Positions 43,153 through 53,909 of a stretch of 64,000 nt of DNA are shown piece by piece. A program made the position numbers and the translations under genes. The DNA is taken from positions 32,001 through 96,000 of the forward strand of contig BK006934.2 of NCBI GenBank assembly GCA_000146045.2. The letters run 5' to 3'. The stretch is from TPA_inf: Saccharomyces. Lineage: Eukaryota. How positions within the stretch are numbered: position 1 is the first letter of the stretch; every line of letters starts with the position of its first letter. The notes below the pieces were generated by a model. It was not told the DNA's origin, ran no database searches, and saw nothing but the letters and a program-made list of their open reading frames with translations.

Positions 43153-43183
43153 ACACCTGTACATTTTCTACATCCGTAAACAT
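43153..43183 (+). promoter_or_regulatory. Two adjacent Rap1-like sites in the RPS20 promoter.
   Basis: ACACCTGTACATT and ACATCCGTAAACAT both approximate ACAYCCRTACATY. They sit about 230-260 bp upstream of the ATG in the orientation and spacing typical of ribosomal-protein promoters. Confidence 0.4.
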
Positions 43184-43411
43184 AAGAGAAAAAATGCCAC
43201 AACTATTTTTATGAAGATAAAGTTCGGGTAACGATAATGTTTTAATTTTGAAAAAAAAACTTCGACGCATTCGCGACTAGCCTCAGAGATTGAGTAATAG
43301 ACCGTATTGAATTCAAAATAATAGTAAAGATGGGTTATTTCATTCAAGCTCAGCTTTAGATTGAAACTCCTACAAGAAAGCAAGTAAAATAAACAAAAAG
43401 GTATATACAAA

Positions 43412-43777
43412 ATGTCTGACTTTCAAAAGGAAAAGGTTGAAGAACAAGAACAACAACAACAACAAATCATCAAGATTAGAATCACTTTGACCTCCACCAA
43501 GGTTAAGCAATTGGAAAACGTCTCTTCCAACATTGTCAAGAACGCTGAACAACACAACTTGGTCAAGAAGGGTCCAGTCAGACTACCAACCAAGGTTTTG
43601 AAGATCTCCACCAGAAAGACTCCAAATGGTGAAGGTTCTAAGACTTGGGAAACCTACGAAATGAGAATCCACAAGAGATACATCGACTTGGAAGCTCCTG
43701 TTCAAATCGTTAAGAGAATCACTCAAATCACCATTGAACCTGGTGTGGATGTCGAAGTTGTTGTTGCTTCCAACTAA
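43412..43777 (+). CDS. RPS20: Ribosomal protein S20 (uS10), YHL015W, 121 aa.
   Basis: [37 protein letters not shown]... No intron. Confidence 0.95.
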
Positions 43778-43971
43778 GCTGGTTCTAACTGGAAATAATT
43801 TCCATTAGATTCCTCTTTTTCTCGTCCATTAACCAAAATATATTATTGAATTCAGCGGTTCCTTTTTTCTCATTTTCGCATATAGCTGCACTATTAGAAT
43901 CAGCCCACTCTAGGTAAACACAGTTCCTCGATATACCTCTGTCTTACTATCAGTGGTTAAACCTTATGCAA

Positions 43972-44004
<33 letters not shown>
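43972..44004. repeat. (AT)n dinucleotide microsatellite, about 13 perfect units plus flanking units.
   Basis: aatataat followed by (at)13, read directly. It lies in the convergent 3' region between RPS20 and YLF2. Confidence 0.9.
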
Positions 44005-44007
<3 letters not shown>

Positions 44008-44096
44008 ATACTTTTGTTGATTCTTGTGTAATTATTGGAAAAGACAAAACAAAGCAAGCGTTTCTATTCATATTTACAAGTATTTTTTATGACAAA

Positions 44097-45314
44097 CTAT
44101 TTCTTAATTTTCCCACCGGCGGCTTTGAATAAGGCAATGTCATTGTCCTGCATAATATATTGTTTGCCTGCACGTTTGATAAGTCCCTTAGATTTTAGTA
44201 AAGACTCATTTAGCGGTGGTTCCATCTTCTTCAGATCGTCATATTTTATTACATCAGCGCTGATAAATGTTTCACGCAAGTCGCTATGGATTACACCCGC
44301 GGCCTCTTGAGCGGTGGTTCCCTCCCTTATATTCCATTGGTGAACTTCTTGTGGGCCGCATGTAAAGAAGCTAATTAAGTTCAACAACTTTCTCATTTCT
44401 AGTATTATTTGCGGTATCGCAGAAACTAACTGTTGATCAGAAACATTGGTATCTTCCTTGATCTTGTCAAAATACTCTGACGCTATGCCTTTACATTCCA
44501 TCAATTGCGATTCAAATTCTGCACTGAAAAGTAGGAATTTATCTCCTGGCGAAAATTCGTTAATCCATTCTATAATATTTCTGACAAATTTATTTTCATT
44601 CCTAACGTAATCTTGAGGTGAAACATTTAGCAATATCAAAGTTGGTTTGGAGGTTAAAAAGTTATGCTTATTCAAAATTTTGACTTCATCCAGGTTCCAA
44701 TGATCTTTGAAATGCCGGATTTTTTTACCGTTAAACAAATGTTCCTCTAATGCATCTAATAATTCTGTCTCTATCTTCATTTCCTGATGTTCTTTAGAAT
44801 TCTTCGAAACCATTCTCATCTTCTTACTAAGTCTTTCCCTAATGTTTTCCAGAAATTCTAAGTCTTTCAAGATGAGTTCATCTTGTACCACGGATAGATC
44901 TCTGACAGGATCAACATTACCTTCTATATGGGTGATGTCTTCCTTTAAGAATCCTCTCACCACTTGAAATATCCCCTCTACGTGTCTGATATCGTTTAAG
45001 AACTTGTTACCCAAACCATGGCCTTGAGATGCGCCTCTGGTGAGCCCAGCAATATCATATATTGTGAGTGTTCCAGGTACGCATTTCGCACTCTGATATA
45101 TTCTCAATAAATTAGAGAGCGGCACGCTAGGTATATTGACTTTGGCACATTCTGCGTCAATGGTAGCGAATGGATAATTTGCAGGATTTCCCAATTTTGA
45201 GTTTGTTATTGCTTGGAAAAAAGTCGATTTACCAACATTAGCAAGCCCTACTATCCCTGAAGTTGGATTATTCGATATCCTCCCAAGTAAAAATTTTCCT
45301 CCACCAATGTTCAT
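44097..45314 (-). CDS. YLF2: Ylf2, an Obg/YchF-like GTPase (YHL014C), 405 aa.
   Basis: G1 motif GLANVGKST and G3 motif DIAGL are present. Full ORF of 405 aa. Confidence 0.9.
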   Translation of the reverse strand: MNIGGGKFLLGRISNNPTSGIVGLANVGKSTFFQAITNSKLGNPANYPFATIDAECAKVNIPSVPLSNLLRIYQSAKCVPGTLTIYDIAGLTRGASQGHGLGNKFLNDIRHVEGIFQVVRGFLKEDITHIEGNVDPVRDLSVVQDELILKDLEFLENIRERLSKKMRMVSKNSKEHQEMKIETELLDALEEHLFNGKKIRHFKDHWNLDEVKILNKHNFLTSKPTLILLNVSPQDYVRNENKFVRNIIEWINEFSPGDKFLLFSAEFESQLMECKGIASEYFDKIKEDTNVSDQQLVSAIPQIILEMRKLLNLISFFTCGPQEVHQWNIREGTTAQEAAGVIHSDLRETFISADVIKYDDLKKMEPPLNESLLKSKGLIKRAGKQYIMQDNDIALFKAAGGKIKK

Positions 45315-45429
45315 ATCCGATTATTACTTCTCTTTATTCTTTTATATCCATATGCTTCAAACTATACAATTAAATAGATGCATTAAGGTTTACAAATAAG
45401 CATATCTCATTAGATACGGATGGGAAAAA

Positions 45430-46353
45430 TCAAGAATCATGCAATGAATTATAATGCTCACCTAATGCATAGCTGTGTTTATAGTAAACTAGCTTCAATT
45501 CAGGATTTTTCCCACATTCATTGTACACTTGAATAGGTCTTCCACTCATCAGAATGCTAATGGGGCAGTCGAAAACGTGAGAGAGAGCCAAAATCTCAAT
45601 TTCACCACCCCATTGAGCTGTATGCTCCATCTCTTTCGTATACTCATCAATGTCTTTCATCTTCATAGTTTCTTCATCAAACAAATATGGAATGAAATCA
45701 TCCCTGTGCTCCTGTACGTAATTACAACTCAACCATCTCAGCTTCATGACATCCATGTCTTGATCCAGTTTTTTTGGATCATGGCGTAATTTTAACTGAT
45801 CTAATATAGATGCAAAGAGACAGTGGCCATCGGGTTGTATATCGAATTGTTTCAGTTTCTTCAACTCGCATAACTGATCTATAGACTCCTGCTCCATTTT
45901 TTTCAAGTCCGGTTGTTTGGATGCTTCTAAAGCAGCCTCTTCTTTCATTTTAGCAATTGCTGCATCTCTTTTGGCCAATCTTTCCTTTTGTCTATTGCGA
46001 CGCTTCTTTGTCTGGCCTTGTTGCTGTTGTTGAACGGGAACATTCTGTTGTTCTTTCTCATCTCGAGATATGGATAGTTGTTCTAAAAGTTTTTCAGGAG
46101 TCACTTCATCTTCTTGTTCTGCGTCAAACACTTCATTATTTGCAATTTTCCAATCCCTTATTTCATTTTCTTGCTTAGTCTTTAGTTTATCTTGAAGATC
46201 TAGGCATTTCGAATTAACTTCTTTCCTTTTGGATTTAGTAGCCTGCTTTTTCATACCCGTTATCTTATTCTGTAAATCTTTATTTTCCTTGCGATGTCTC
46301 GCCAAAATATCTTCCATGTTTTCCAAATTCTCTCCTGATTCCATGCCGGTCAT
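45430..46353 (-). CDS. OTU2: Otu2, an OTU-domain cysteine protease (deubiquitinase family), YHL013C, 307 aa.
   Basis: Lys/Glu-rich coiled-coil N-terminus, then an OTU core (DGHCLFASI ... HYNSL). Confidence 0.9.
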   Translation of the reverse strand: MTGMESGENLENMEDILARHRKENKDLQNKITGMKKQATKSKRKEVNSKCLDLQDKLKTKQENEIRDWKIANNEVFDAEQEDEVTPEKLLEQLSISRDEKEQQNVPVQQQQQGQTKKRRNRQKERLAKRDAAIAKMKEEAALEASKQPDLKKMEQESIDQLCELKKLKQFDIQPDGHCLFASILDQLKLRHDPKKLDQDMDVMKLRWLSCNYVQEHRDDFIPYLFDEETMKMKDIDEYTKEMEHTAQWGGEIEILALSHVFDCPISILMSGRPIQVYNECGKNPELKLVYYKHSYALGEHYNSLHDS

Positions 46354-46935
46354 GATGAATATCTCTTGTTCTCTCTACTAGATTGAATGCTGTGCTTTAG
46401 TTGGATTTTGTATTAGATGCTTTCGAGATGCCCAAACTAAAAACAAGGCGTGAAGAAAAAGAAATTTCGCGACGCATAATAATACTTTCTTTGACAGGGC
46501 CAGGGCTGCCAACTTTTCAGATTTTAACAATTGAGAAATTTATTGTGGTAAGAAAACCATAAATTTCCACTCTGTTGGAATTAAAATTTCCTGTATTGAA
46601 CGAGAGTAGAAGCACACAATTTTCTTGAAGAAAAAGTAGTTAGTCTTCCATAATGTTCAATGGCCTTATCACACAAAAAAAAAAGAATGAAAGTACTATC
46701 AGCTTATAAGTCCTGATTAATTAAAAAAAGAATGCAGGAATAGCACCTTATAGTAAAAAAAGTAAATTTAAGTAATTAAATATAACTATACTGTAACTTT
46801 TTTGAATTGTATTTTCCCTGGCATTTACAATCTTTTTGTAACCTGGAATTTAACGATAACTGACACAAGTGATTCTTGATAATAAAAAAAAAAAGGAAAA
46901 ATATTTCACTGTTCTACATAGTATATACAAGATCA

Positions 46936-48417
46936 ATGACGGTTTTCTCTGGAGTAAATAAAATAGAGTTTGAAGGTACTTTCGAAGGTATTGGAAAGGA
47001 TGTTGTTATGTCACAAATGATAAGGGCCTTGCAGAAACATTTTCCTTCGATACGTGACAAGAATTATGAGTTTAGCCTATTTTTGCACATTTTTCAAAGA
47101 TATGTCTTAGAAAATACTTCAATCACCCATGATCTAGTTTGTGACAAAATTAGATTACCGATAATTGATGAAGTGGTTGAACTCGATGATATTAAAAATT
47201 ACGGTTTGTTAGAGGGTAAACTATTATCAAAGTTAGCTATTTTAAAATTAACCGGAAAGGCTAATCCAATCATTGGTAAAGAAAGCCCTTTATTCGAAGT
47301 AAAAAATGGGATGTCTTCATTGGATGTAATAGTTCGACAAACGCAAAATTTGAATGTACGATATAATTCAGACGTTCCTCTTATATTTATGACCTCGCTT
47401 GAAACTGAATCTCAAGTATCAAACTTCCTTGAAGAGCATTATTCTTCTAGCAAAGTGAGATGGAAAACCGTAGTTCAGTCAAGCTTTCCACAAATTGATA
47501 AAGATAGATTATTACCTATCGATTTACAAATAAATTCTCATGAAAATGATTTTTGGTATCCTTGCGGGACTGGTAACCTAACTGACACTTTGTATTTTTC
47601 AGGAGAATTGGACAAATTAATTGCTCAAGGAAAAGAGATTTTATTTGTTTCAAATGTTGACAATTTGGGCGCTACAGGAGATTTGAACATTTTAAATTTC
47701 ATCATAAATGAAAAAATCGAGTATCTTGTTGAAGTAGTTGAAAGGACTGCAAATGTTTCAAACACTGGAGTGTTGGCAACATATAAAGGTAAACTACGAT
47801 CGGTTTATTACAACTGCTTATCCAATGAAAGTGCAAGCACGTGTCGAATTGTCAACACTAATAACATTTGGATTGATTTGAAAAAGCTAAAGGTGCTAAT
47901 AGAGTCTAATAGTTTAAATTTGCCAATTCATTCTAGTGAAAGTAAAATAACACACAAAAATGAAGAGATAGAGTGTCTTCAATTTAAGACACAGTTGGTC
48001 GATTGTATTGCCTTCTTTCCGAACAGTCGAGTATTGAAAGTATCAAGAGACAGATTTTTACCCCTAAGAACATGTAAGGACTTGTTTTTGTTGAAATCAA
48101 CATTATATGATCTCGATTCAAATGGAACATTTAACCTCTACCCTCTGAAATTTGGATTATTACCTTCAATCGACTTGGGCGATGAGTTTGCAACTTATGA
48201 GACTTTTAAGATAGGAGTACCAGATATTCCTAATATTCTGGAATTAGAGCATTTAACTGTGATGGGAAATGTGTTTTTTGGTCGTAATATAACTCTGAAA
48301 GGGACGGTCATTATAATATGTGATGAAAATGATGTAATTACTGTTCCCGATGGCTCTATTTTGGAAAATGTAACGATTTGGCATAAATCTCAGCTGGAGG
48401 ATATGAATGGATATTAA
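46936..48417 (+). CDS. YHL012W, a UTP-glucose-1-phosphate uridylyltransferase-like protein (Ugp1 paralogue), 493 aa.
   Basis: The track ORF (513 aa) was trimmed to MTVFSGVNKIEF..., giving 493 aa. It shares the UGPase fold pattern but is diverged. Confidence 0.85.
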   Translation: MTVFSGVNKIEFEGTFEGIGKDVVMSQMIRALQKHFPSIRDKNYEFSLFLHIFQRYVLENTSITHDLVCDKIRLPIIDEVVELDDIKNYGLLEGKLLSKLAILKLTGKANPIIGKESPLFEVKNGMSSLDVIVRQTQNLNVRYNSDVPLIFMTSLETESQVSNFLEEHYSSSKVRWKTVVQSSFPQIDKDRLLPIDLQINSHENDFWYPCGTGNLTDTLYFSGELDKLIAQGKEILFVSNVDNLGATGDLNILNFIINEKIEYLVEVVERTANVSNTGVLATYKGKLRSVYYNCLSNESASTCRIVNTNNIWIDLKKLKVLIESNSLNLPIHSSESKITHKNEEIECLQFKTQLVDCIAFFPNSRVLKVSRDRFLPLRTCKDLFLLKSTLYDLDSNGTFNLYPLKFGLLPSIDLGDEFATYETFKIGVPDIPNILELEHLTVMGNVFFGRNITLKGTVIIICDENDVITVPDGSILENVTIWHKSQLEDMNGY

Positions 48418-48653
48418 ACAAGAGAAACTTTTGGGTAAAATGCATGAATAAAGTTTTCTTCTATTCCCACTATGTAAGAGGAATCATGTATCCTCACAGA
48501 AAAAAAAAACTGGAGCACATTGCAATAGTGGCATTACATTGCAATTTGTGGGAAGAGAAGTATACACATCAGATACGTAGGTATTTATCAAATTCTGAAA
48601 ATCACTCATCATTTTTGTAGTATTTTTTTTCTCCCCATTTATTCTTCAGTCAC

Positions 48654-49616
48654 TTATAAGGGATAATTCTTAAATAAATAAGAAATACTTTCACCATTAT
48701 GCAAACGACGAATACTTTCAGCCAGCACACTACTGATGTCAATGACTGCCAGTTTTGGGCACTTCTTGATTTTTTCTTCAAATGGAACAGTATTTGTGCA
48801 AACAACTCTATCCAGTTTAGAATTGTTAATATTTTCAATAGCTCTGCCTGATAAAACACCGTGCGTGACAATAGCAATAACAGATTTAGCTCTATTCTCC
48901 AAAAGAATTTCAGCAGCCTTAGCTAAAGTACCACAAGTATCGGCCATATCATCAACAATGATACAAATCTTATCAGTAACATCCCCAACAAGAACCATAC
49001 GAGAAACCTCATTGGCACGAGCTCTTTCCTTATGGATCAATGCAAAATTTAGATCCAAACGATCAGCCAAAGTGGCAGCACGTTTTGCCCCACCAGCATC
49101 TGGCGAAATTATTATTGAATCCATATAGTTGACATTTTCCTTGATATACCTAACTACGCTTGGTTCTGCATATAAATTATCTACTGGGACGTCGAAGAAC
49201 CCTTGAATTTGGGAAGCATGCAAATCCATAGTAATAACATGATCACACCCGGCTGTTGTTAACATATCGGCCATCAATTTAGCGGTAATAGGAGCACGAG
49301 ACTTATCCTTTCTATCTTGTCTTGCATATGGGAAATTTGGAATAATAGCAGTGATTCTTCTTGCAGACGCAGTCTTCGAAGCATTGATCATGATCAGTAG
49401 TTCTAGAACACGATCGTTCACGACACCAGAGCCAATTTGCGTGATGATAAAGATATCTTGGTCCCTAACAGATTCTCCAATAGAAAAGGAAACCTCACCG
49501 GTTGGATCTCTCTTTAGTTTGCTGCTTGTTAACTGTAGACCTAGCCTTTTGGCAACAAGTTCAGCTAAACCTCGGTGGACATCTGGTGCTAATAATTTGA
49601 TGGAATTTGTTGGCAT
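48654..49616 (-). CDS. PRS3: Prs3, a ribose-phosphate pyrophosphokinase (PRPP synthetase), YHL011C, 320 aa.
   Basis: [25 protein letters not shown]... with the PRPP-binding loop ([23 protein letters not shown]). Confidence 0.93.
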
Positions 49617-49858
49617 TTTGTAATCCTAAGTGAATATATGAGGCTCAGTTTGAATGGGTAGGTTCGTTTATCCTGCGCTGGCAAAGTACGTAGAAAAAAG
49701 AGTATGAATCTTTCTTAGATATATTCAAGAAAAAGTAAGTAAATAAGAGGGTACGTGATTATAAACAGATACGAGTTTAGCGAATAATACCGTTCGCAAT
49801 CATAACTTTATAAAACTCATCCTATTACTTACTATTCGACTGGAAAATTTTCGCAGGC

Positions 49859-49895
49859 AAAAAAAAAAAAAAAAAAAAAAGAAAAGAAAAATCGA
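49859..49895. promoter_or_regulatory. Poly(dA:dT) tract: A22 followed by gaaaagaaaaa.
   Basis: 22 consecutive A residues, about 240 bp upstream of the PRS3 ATG and 3' of ETP1. Tracts like this are classic nucleosome-depleted promoter elements. Confidence 0.7.
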
Positions 49896-49963
49896 TGAGC
49901 CTGCCGTACACAGAGATATAATAAATTTAGAATGCAAGAATGGTATGGCGGTGATGAAGATAA

Positions 49964-51721
49964 TCATTTCCCTGCTTTTTTATTTTTGTTGCGCTTCTTC
50001 TTGCTTTTGGATGCCTGTGCTGCCCCATGTGGTTGCTGTATTAGGATGGTACCTTCTTTTACACTCTCATCAGCGTCTTTGAATTTTTCTTGAGAATCTA
50101 GATAAAACATTAGGTCCTTGACTTGCTCTTCCAAATCTTGTTTAGACTCTTCTAACGCTTTGTTTTCTCGCTCTAACTGCTCTTGTTTTTTTGATAAGTG
50201 ATCTAGGTTCGCTTGTAGTCCTTCGATTACTAACATATCTTCCTCAAGCTTAGATTTCTGGGCCATTTCCCTTTTCTGCCACTCCTTTTGAGTGACCTGA
50301 AATTGGAGTTTCAAATCTTCCATAGACTTCTTCAAACTTTCAACATTCGAAGAATCAGACGCAGTTTGATCTTTTTCTTGTAATTTCAGTTCATAATATT
50401 CTCTTTGAGACTCTAATTGAGATATTAGGACTTGCACATATTCTAGATGATACTCCCTATGCCTTAAAAAATTTGCCGCCAGCTCGCCATCTTTTTTATT
50501 AGAGTTCGATTTCTCACCGTTTTTGCTCCTGTTCCCGTAAACAACATTTTGTAGTTCATCGGAGTTGCCTATATCATTGTTGTCATCGTCACCGGAGCCG
50601 CCGACCTCTACTAACTTCCCATCAACTTCATTTTGAACTAGGCGATGGACATAATTATCACCCGCATAATCCCACACTCTTTGTGTCCGTATATCCATCG
50701 CAAAACAATGTAAAGTTTCTTCATAATGCTTGATTGCGTGTTTGGAATTGTAACGACCGCATCCAACATTACCGCAGATCAAGCAAATCCATAGATTATC
50801 AGTGGAACCACATGTTGCACAATGTGCGGAATCACCTGCCTGTTTCAATAATGATTCCCTGCTTAGCCGCAGACTTGAATGTCGACACACTGGACACCTT
50901 GAATTCTTCCACTTATTTAAGCATTGGCAATGAAAAGTGTGCTGGCACGGGATCGTTACTAATCCAGTAGTTTCTGAATCCATTCTTTCAAGGCAAACGG
51001 GACATGTGGGGAGTTCGACTTTTACCAGTTCCTTTTTTTTCTTAACAGTGAATGGATCAGTAAGCAGATAGGGGAAGTCCTCGTTAGCGGCTGGTCTTTG
51101 GAAGAGCTTTTTTTGAAAAACTATTTCTTTTACAGAGATCACATGGCATGTTTCGGGATCCATCCTGCTGAAACTTTTGCCATTGAACTCTTCCTTGAAA
51201 TTTTTCGCATCAAGTGCATTCCTGAATTTAATTAAGACCGTGAAATTAAAACCCATTCCCTTCTGCTGATTTCGTAATATACGAAAGTTTGAAACTTGCT
51301 TATTAACAATATCATCACCAATATAAAAATGCAATAAATCGTGAACGGTAAAATAAGTTGGAACAAACAGGATACATATCATAGTATCATCTCCCGGGAT
51401 AGTCAAAATCTCCTTCTCATTAAGAGTATTATTGGCATTGCTTAGCTTGAATAGCCTTATTATCCCATGGCCTAAGTATTGTGAAGTAATCAAATCACTT
51501 TCCTCTTCTTTTGATGTTTGATTTTTGAAATCAGTTATCATGTCTATTTCCAAGTCACAGACTCTCCAATCCTGCCAGTCTTGATTATTACTTTTAATAC
51601 TTTCTTCCCCGATACTTTTTGCCTTCAACTTTTTCGGAATACTCTTGAAAATTTGATAAGCGGATTCAACCTGATTTTGGTTTCCAAATTCTAAAGTAAT
51701 GATATACTCAAATTGATCCAT
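49964..51721 (-). CDS. ETP1: Etp1, a BRAP2-like protein with a RING finger, a UBP-type zinc finger and a coiled-coil (YHL010C), 585 aa.
   Basis: The track ORF's first codon is TTG, not ATG. The first ATG ([12 protein letters not shown]...) gives the known 585 aa. RING motif (CPVCLERMD...[10 protein letters not shown]) and ZnF-UBP motif ([24 protein letters not shown]) are present. Confidence 0.88.
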
Positions 51722-52067
51722 AGATGTGAGGGCCAACCAGAAAGTAATACATTCAATGCTACTATTCCGTTATTGCCTCTATGTGTTTTCCTTTGAACTT
51801 TTACTTAATCCGCGGGTGAAATTTCATTTTTATATTTTCCATTTTATAACAGGCCGTCCCCTAAAAACACCGCGTAAGAACATAGTTTATACACTTATAT
51901 AAGTAAAAGGTGTAGTAGGTTGGAATGGTAAAGGGCGTATTGTGTGTCAATTATGCGATGAAAATGTATACTTCGAAGTCAATAAAAAAAGAACCTGGTT
52001 TGCCTCATGAAGATGTTGCCTGCCCTTTCTTATTTAGTGTTTGTAAGTTATTTTTGTCAAAGTCTAT

Positions 52068-53060
52068 TCATTCATTCAAAGTAGCTTCCTCCACTAGAAA
52101 ATCGATTAAACTTCTTGGATACGCAGGTCCATGGGTATGACAACATTCTTGTCCTTGCAATTTGCTCATAACGTATGTCACATCAAAGTCCCTCTCTTCT
52201 GAAAGTTTGTAAAGATACTCCCAGGTGGCGGGGACTGTTAGTACATGTCTTCCTGCTTCGTCAGTATACTGGGTATTTCGCTTCATAATTTCATTATCCT
52301 TTAGCGAATACTTGCCTTTGTGATTCAGTTTGCTTTCCAGGACCATAGAGGTAAAAAATTCATCTTTCGTTGGGAAAGAATATTTGTAGTTGGTATCATC
52401 TTCTATGTCCTTTGAAAAATTTTCATTACCACTCCGCAGTAGCAGTCTGTTCTCTGCGTTGATTTCAGTATTTGCCTTTCTTAGTTCCTCAATTTCTTTC
52501 AATAAACTTTGGCGGTTCCTTTCACTTTCTAACAATTTATCTTGTAATTCTTTCATTCTGGCTTCTTTTCTCTCTCTGAAGGCTTTTTGGGCGGCTCTGT
52601 TTTGAGCCTTTTTCTTTGCCTTAGAGTCATCTGGAACATTCTCATTATGAGCAACTGAGGGACTCCTCGAACTTGGAGATATACCATTATTTTTAGAAAA
52701 ATAATTTGTATTACTATAACTATCATTATCATTATTATTGTTATCTGCCATAACATAGGTAGAGTAGTCGCCTGAAATAGGGGTTAGTTGAATTGCTTGA
52801 AGATCACTACCCTTAGGGAAAGATATGTTGTTCTGTAATAGCAAATCATTATTTGATCTGTCAAGGTTCAAAGCAGGACACTGGTCTTCCAAAATTGGGA
52901 AGGGTGCTGTTTGCTCGCTCAATAGGTCTGGTTGTTGTTTTATACATTTGCTATCTTCTTGGAATAGACTATTTCTGATACAACAATCCTCCTCTTGGCA
53001 TTGAGGGTTAATAAATTTCATGAATCCGCTGGTATTATCATCCATATTAGAAGGCGTCAT
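52068..53060 (-). CDS. YAP3: Yap3, a bZIP transcription factor of the YAP family (YHL009C), 330 aa.
   Basis: Trimmed to MTPSNMDDNTSGF..., giving 330 aa. bZIP basic region KKAQNRAAQKAFRERKEARMKELQDKL. Confidence 0.9.
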   Translation of the reverse strand: MTPSNMDDNTSGFMKFINPQCQEEDCCIRNSLFQEDSKCIKQQPDLLSEQTAPFPILEDQCPALNLDRSNNDLLLQNNISFPKGSDLQAIQLTPISGDYSTYVMADNNNNDNDSYSNTNYFSKNNGISPSSRSPSVAHNENVPDDSKAKKKAQNRAAQKAFRERKEARMKELQDKLLESERNRQSLLKEIEELRKANTEINAENRLLLRSGNENFSKDIEDDTNYKYSFPTKDEFFTSMVLESKLNHKGKYSLKDNEIMKRNTQYTDEAGRHVLTVPATWEYLYKLSEERDFDVTYVMSKLQGQECCHTHGPAYPRSLIDFLVEEATLNE

Positions 53061-53288
53061 AACAATTGCTTCAGCCTTATTCTTCGTTAGTTTATACTGG
53101 AAGTAAAGCAAACACCTACTGCCCCTTTTATCGAAATGATAAACAAATAAGAAAGCTCAGAGGGCCTCCGGTAATATTCAAATCGATCTGTTTTATAATG
53201 CTTATTGAATAATAATGCCGTTGCTGTACTCTTAACATAAAGCTACGAAAATCCACTATACATTTTTCTAAAGAAAAAAAAAAAATTC

Positions 53289-53296
53289 AAAAAAAA
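53289..53296 (-). terminator. Pol III terminator T-run for tRNA-Val.
   Basis: A T8 run on the minus strand beginning 2 nt past the tRNA 3' end. Confidence 0.75.
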
Positions 53297-53297
53297 T

Positions 53298-53371
53298 TGA
53301 TTTCGCCCAGGATCGAACTGGGGACGTTCTGCGTGTTAAGCAGATGCCATAACCGACTAGACCACGAAACC
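53298..53371 (-). tRNA. tV(AAC)H: tRNA-Val (anticodon AAC), no intron.
   Basis: Reverse complement GGTTTCGTGGTCTAGTCGGTTATGGCATCTGCTTAACACGCAGAACGTCCCCAGTTCGATCCTGGGCGAAATCA. The anticodon loop CTTAACACG carries AAC. Box A and box B are present. Confidence 0.92.
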
Positions 53372-53387
53372 AAATTCTTATTGATTA

Positions 53388-53533
53388 TGTTGTATTACGG
53401 GCTCGAGTAATACCGGAGTGTCTTGACAATCCTAATACAAACAGTCTTAGGGAAGTAACCAGTTGTCAAAACAGTTTATCAGATTAATTCACGGAATGTT
53501 ACTTATCTTATATATATTATATAAAATATGAAT
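53388..53533 (+). mobile_element. Truncated Ty3 sigma LTR remnant (about 145 bp of the roughly 340-bp element).
   Basis: It begins with the sigma terminus TGTTGTAT 17 bp upstream of the tRNA-Val 5' end, which is the Ty3 integration position. The body (GAGTAATACCGGAGTGTCTTGACAATCC...TTATCTTATATATATTATATAAAATATGA) matches my recollection of the sigma 3' portion. Identified from memory, with probable internal deletion. Confidence 0.45.
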
Positions 53534-53538
53534 CATAC
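53534..53538. repeat. Left copy of the Ty4 target-site duplication, CATAC.
   Basis: The same 5-bp CATAC directly flanks both Ty4 LTRs (53534..53538 and 59762..59766). Confidence 0.85.
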
Positions 53539-53909
53539 TGTTGGAACGAGAGTAATTGATAGTGACATGAGTTGCTATGGTAACAATCTAATGCTTACAT
53601 CGTATATTAATGTACAACTCGTATACGTTTAAGTGTGATTGCGCCTATTGCAGAAGGAATGTTAAACGAGAAGCTCAGACAATACTGAAGCGGTGTTAAA
53701 GACCTATTAGTTGAACATGTTATGGTAGGTACATATATGAGGAATATGAGTCGTCACATCAATGTATAGTAACTACCGGAATCACTATTATATTGGTCAT
53801 AATTAATATGACCAATCGGCGTGTGTTTTATATACCTCTCTTATTTAGTATAAGAAGATCAGTACTCACTTCTTCATTAATACTAATTTTTTACCTCTAA
53901 TTATCAACA
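53539..53909 (+). repeat. Ty4 5' LTR (tau), 371 bp.
   Basis: TGTTG...CAACA termini. Five nucleotide differences from the 3' LTR. Confidence 0.9.

Noticed and set aside
3255-43777. Introns in the ribosomal protein genes RPL8A and RPS20.
   Set aside because: Both translate contiguously from ATG to stop at the expected lengths (256 and 121 aa). No GTATGT…TACTAAC…AG intron signals interrupt them. Many yeast ribosomal-protein genes have introns, but these two do not.
53372-53387. Possibility that the sigma-like element is a full Ty3.
   Set aside because: Only about 145 bp lie between the TGTTGTAT terminus and the Ty4 insertion point, and no Ty3 ORFs are present. At most it is a truncated solo sigma.
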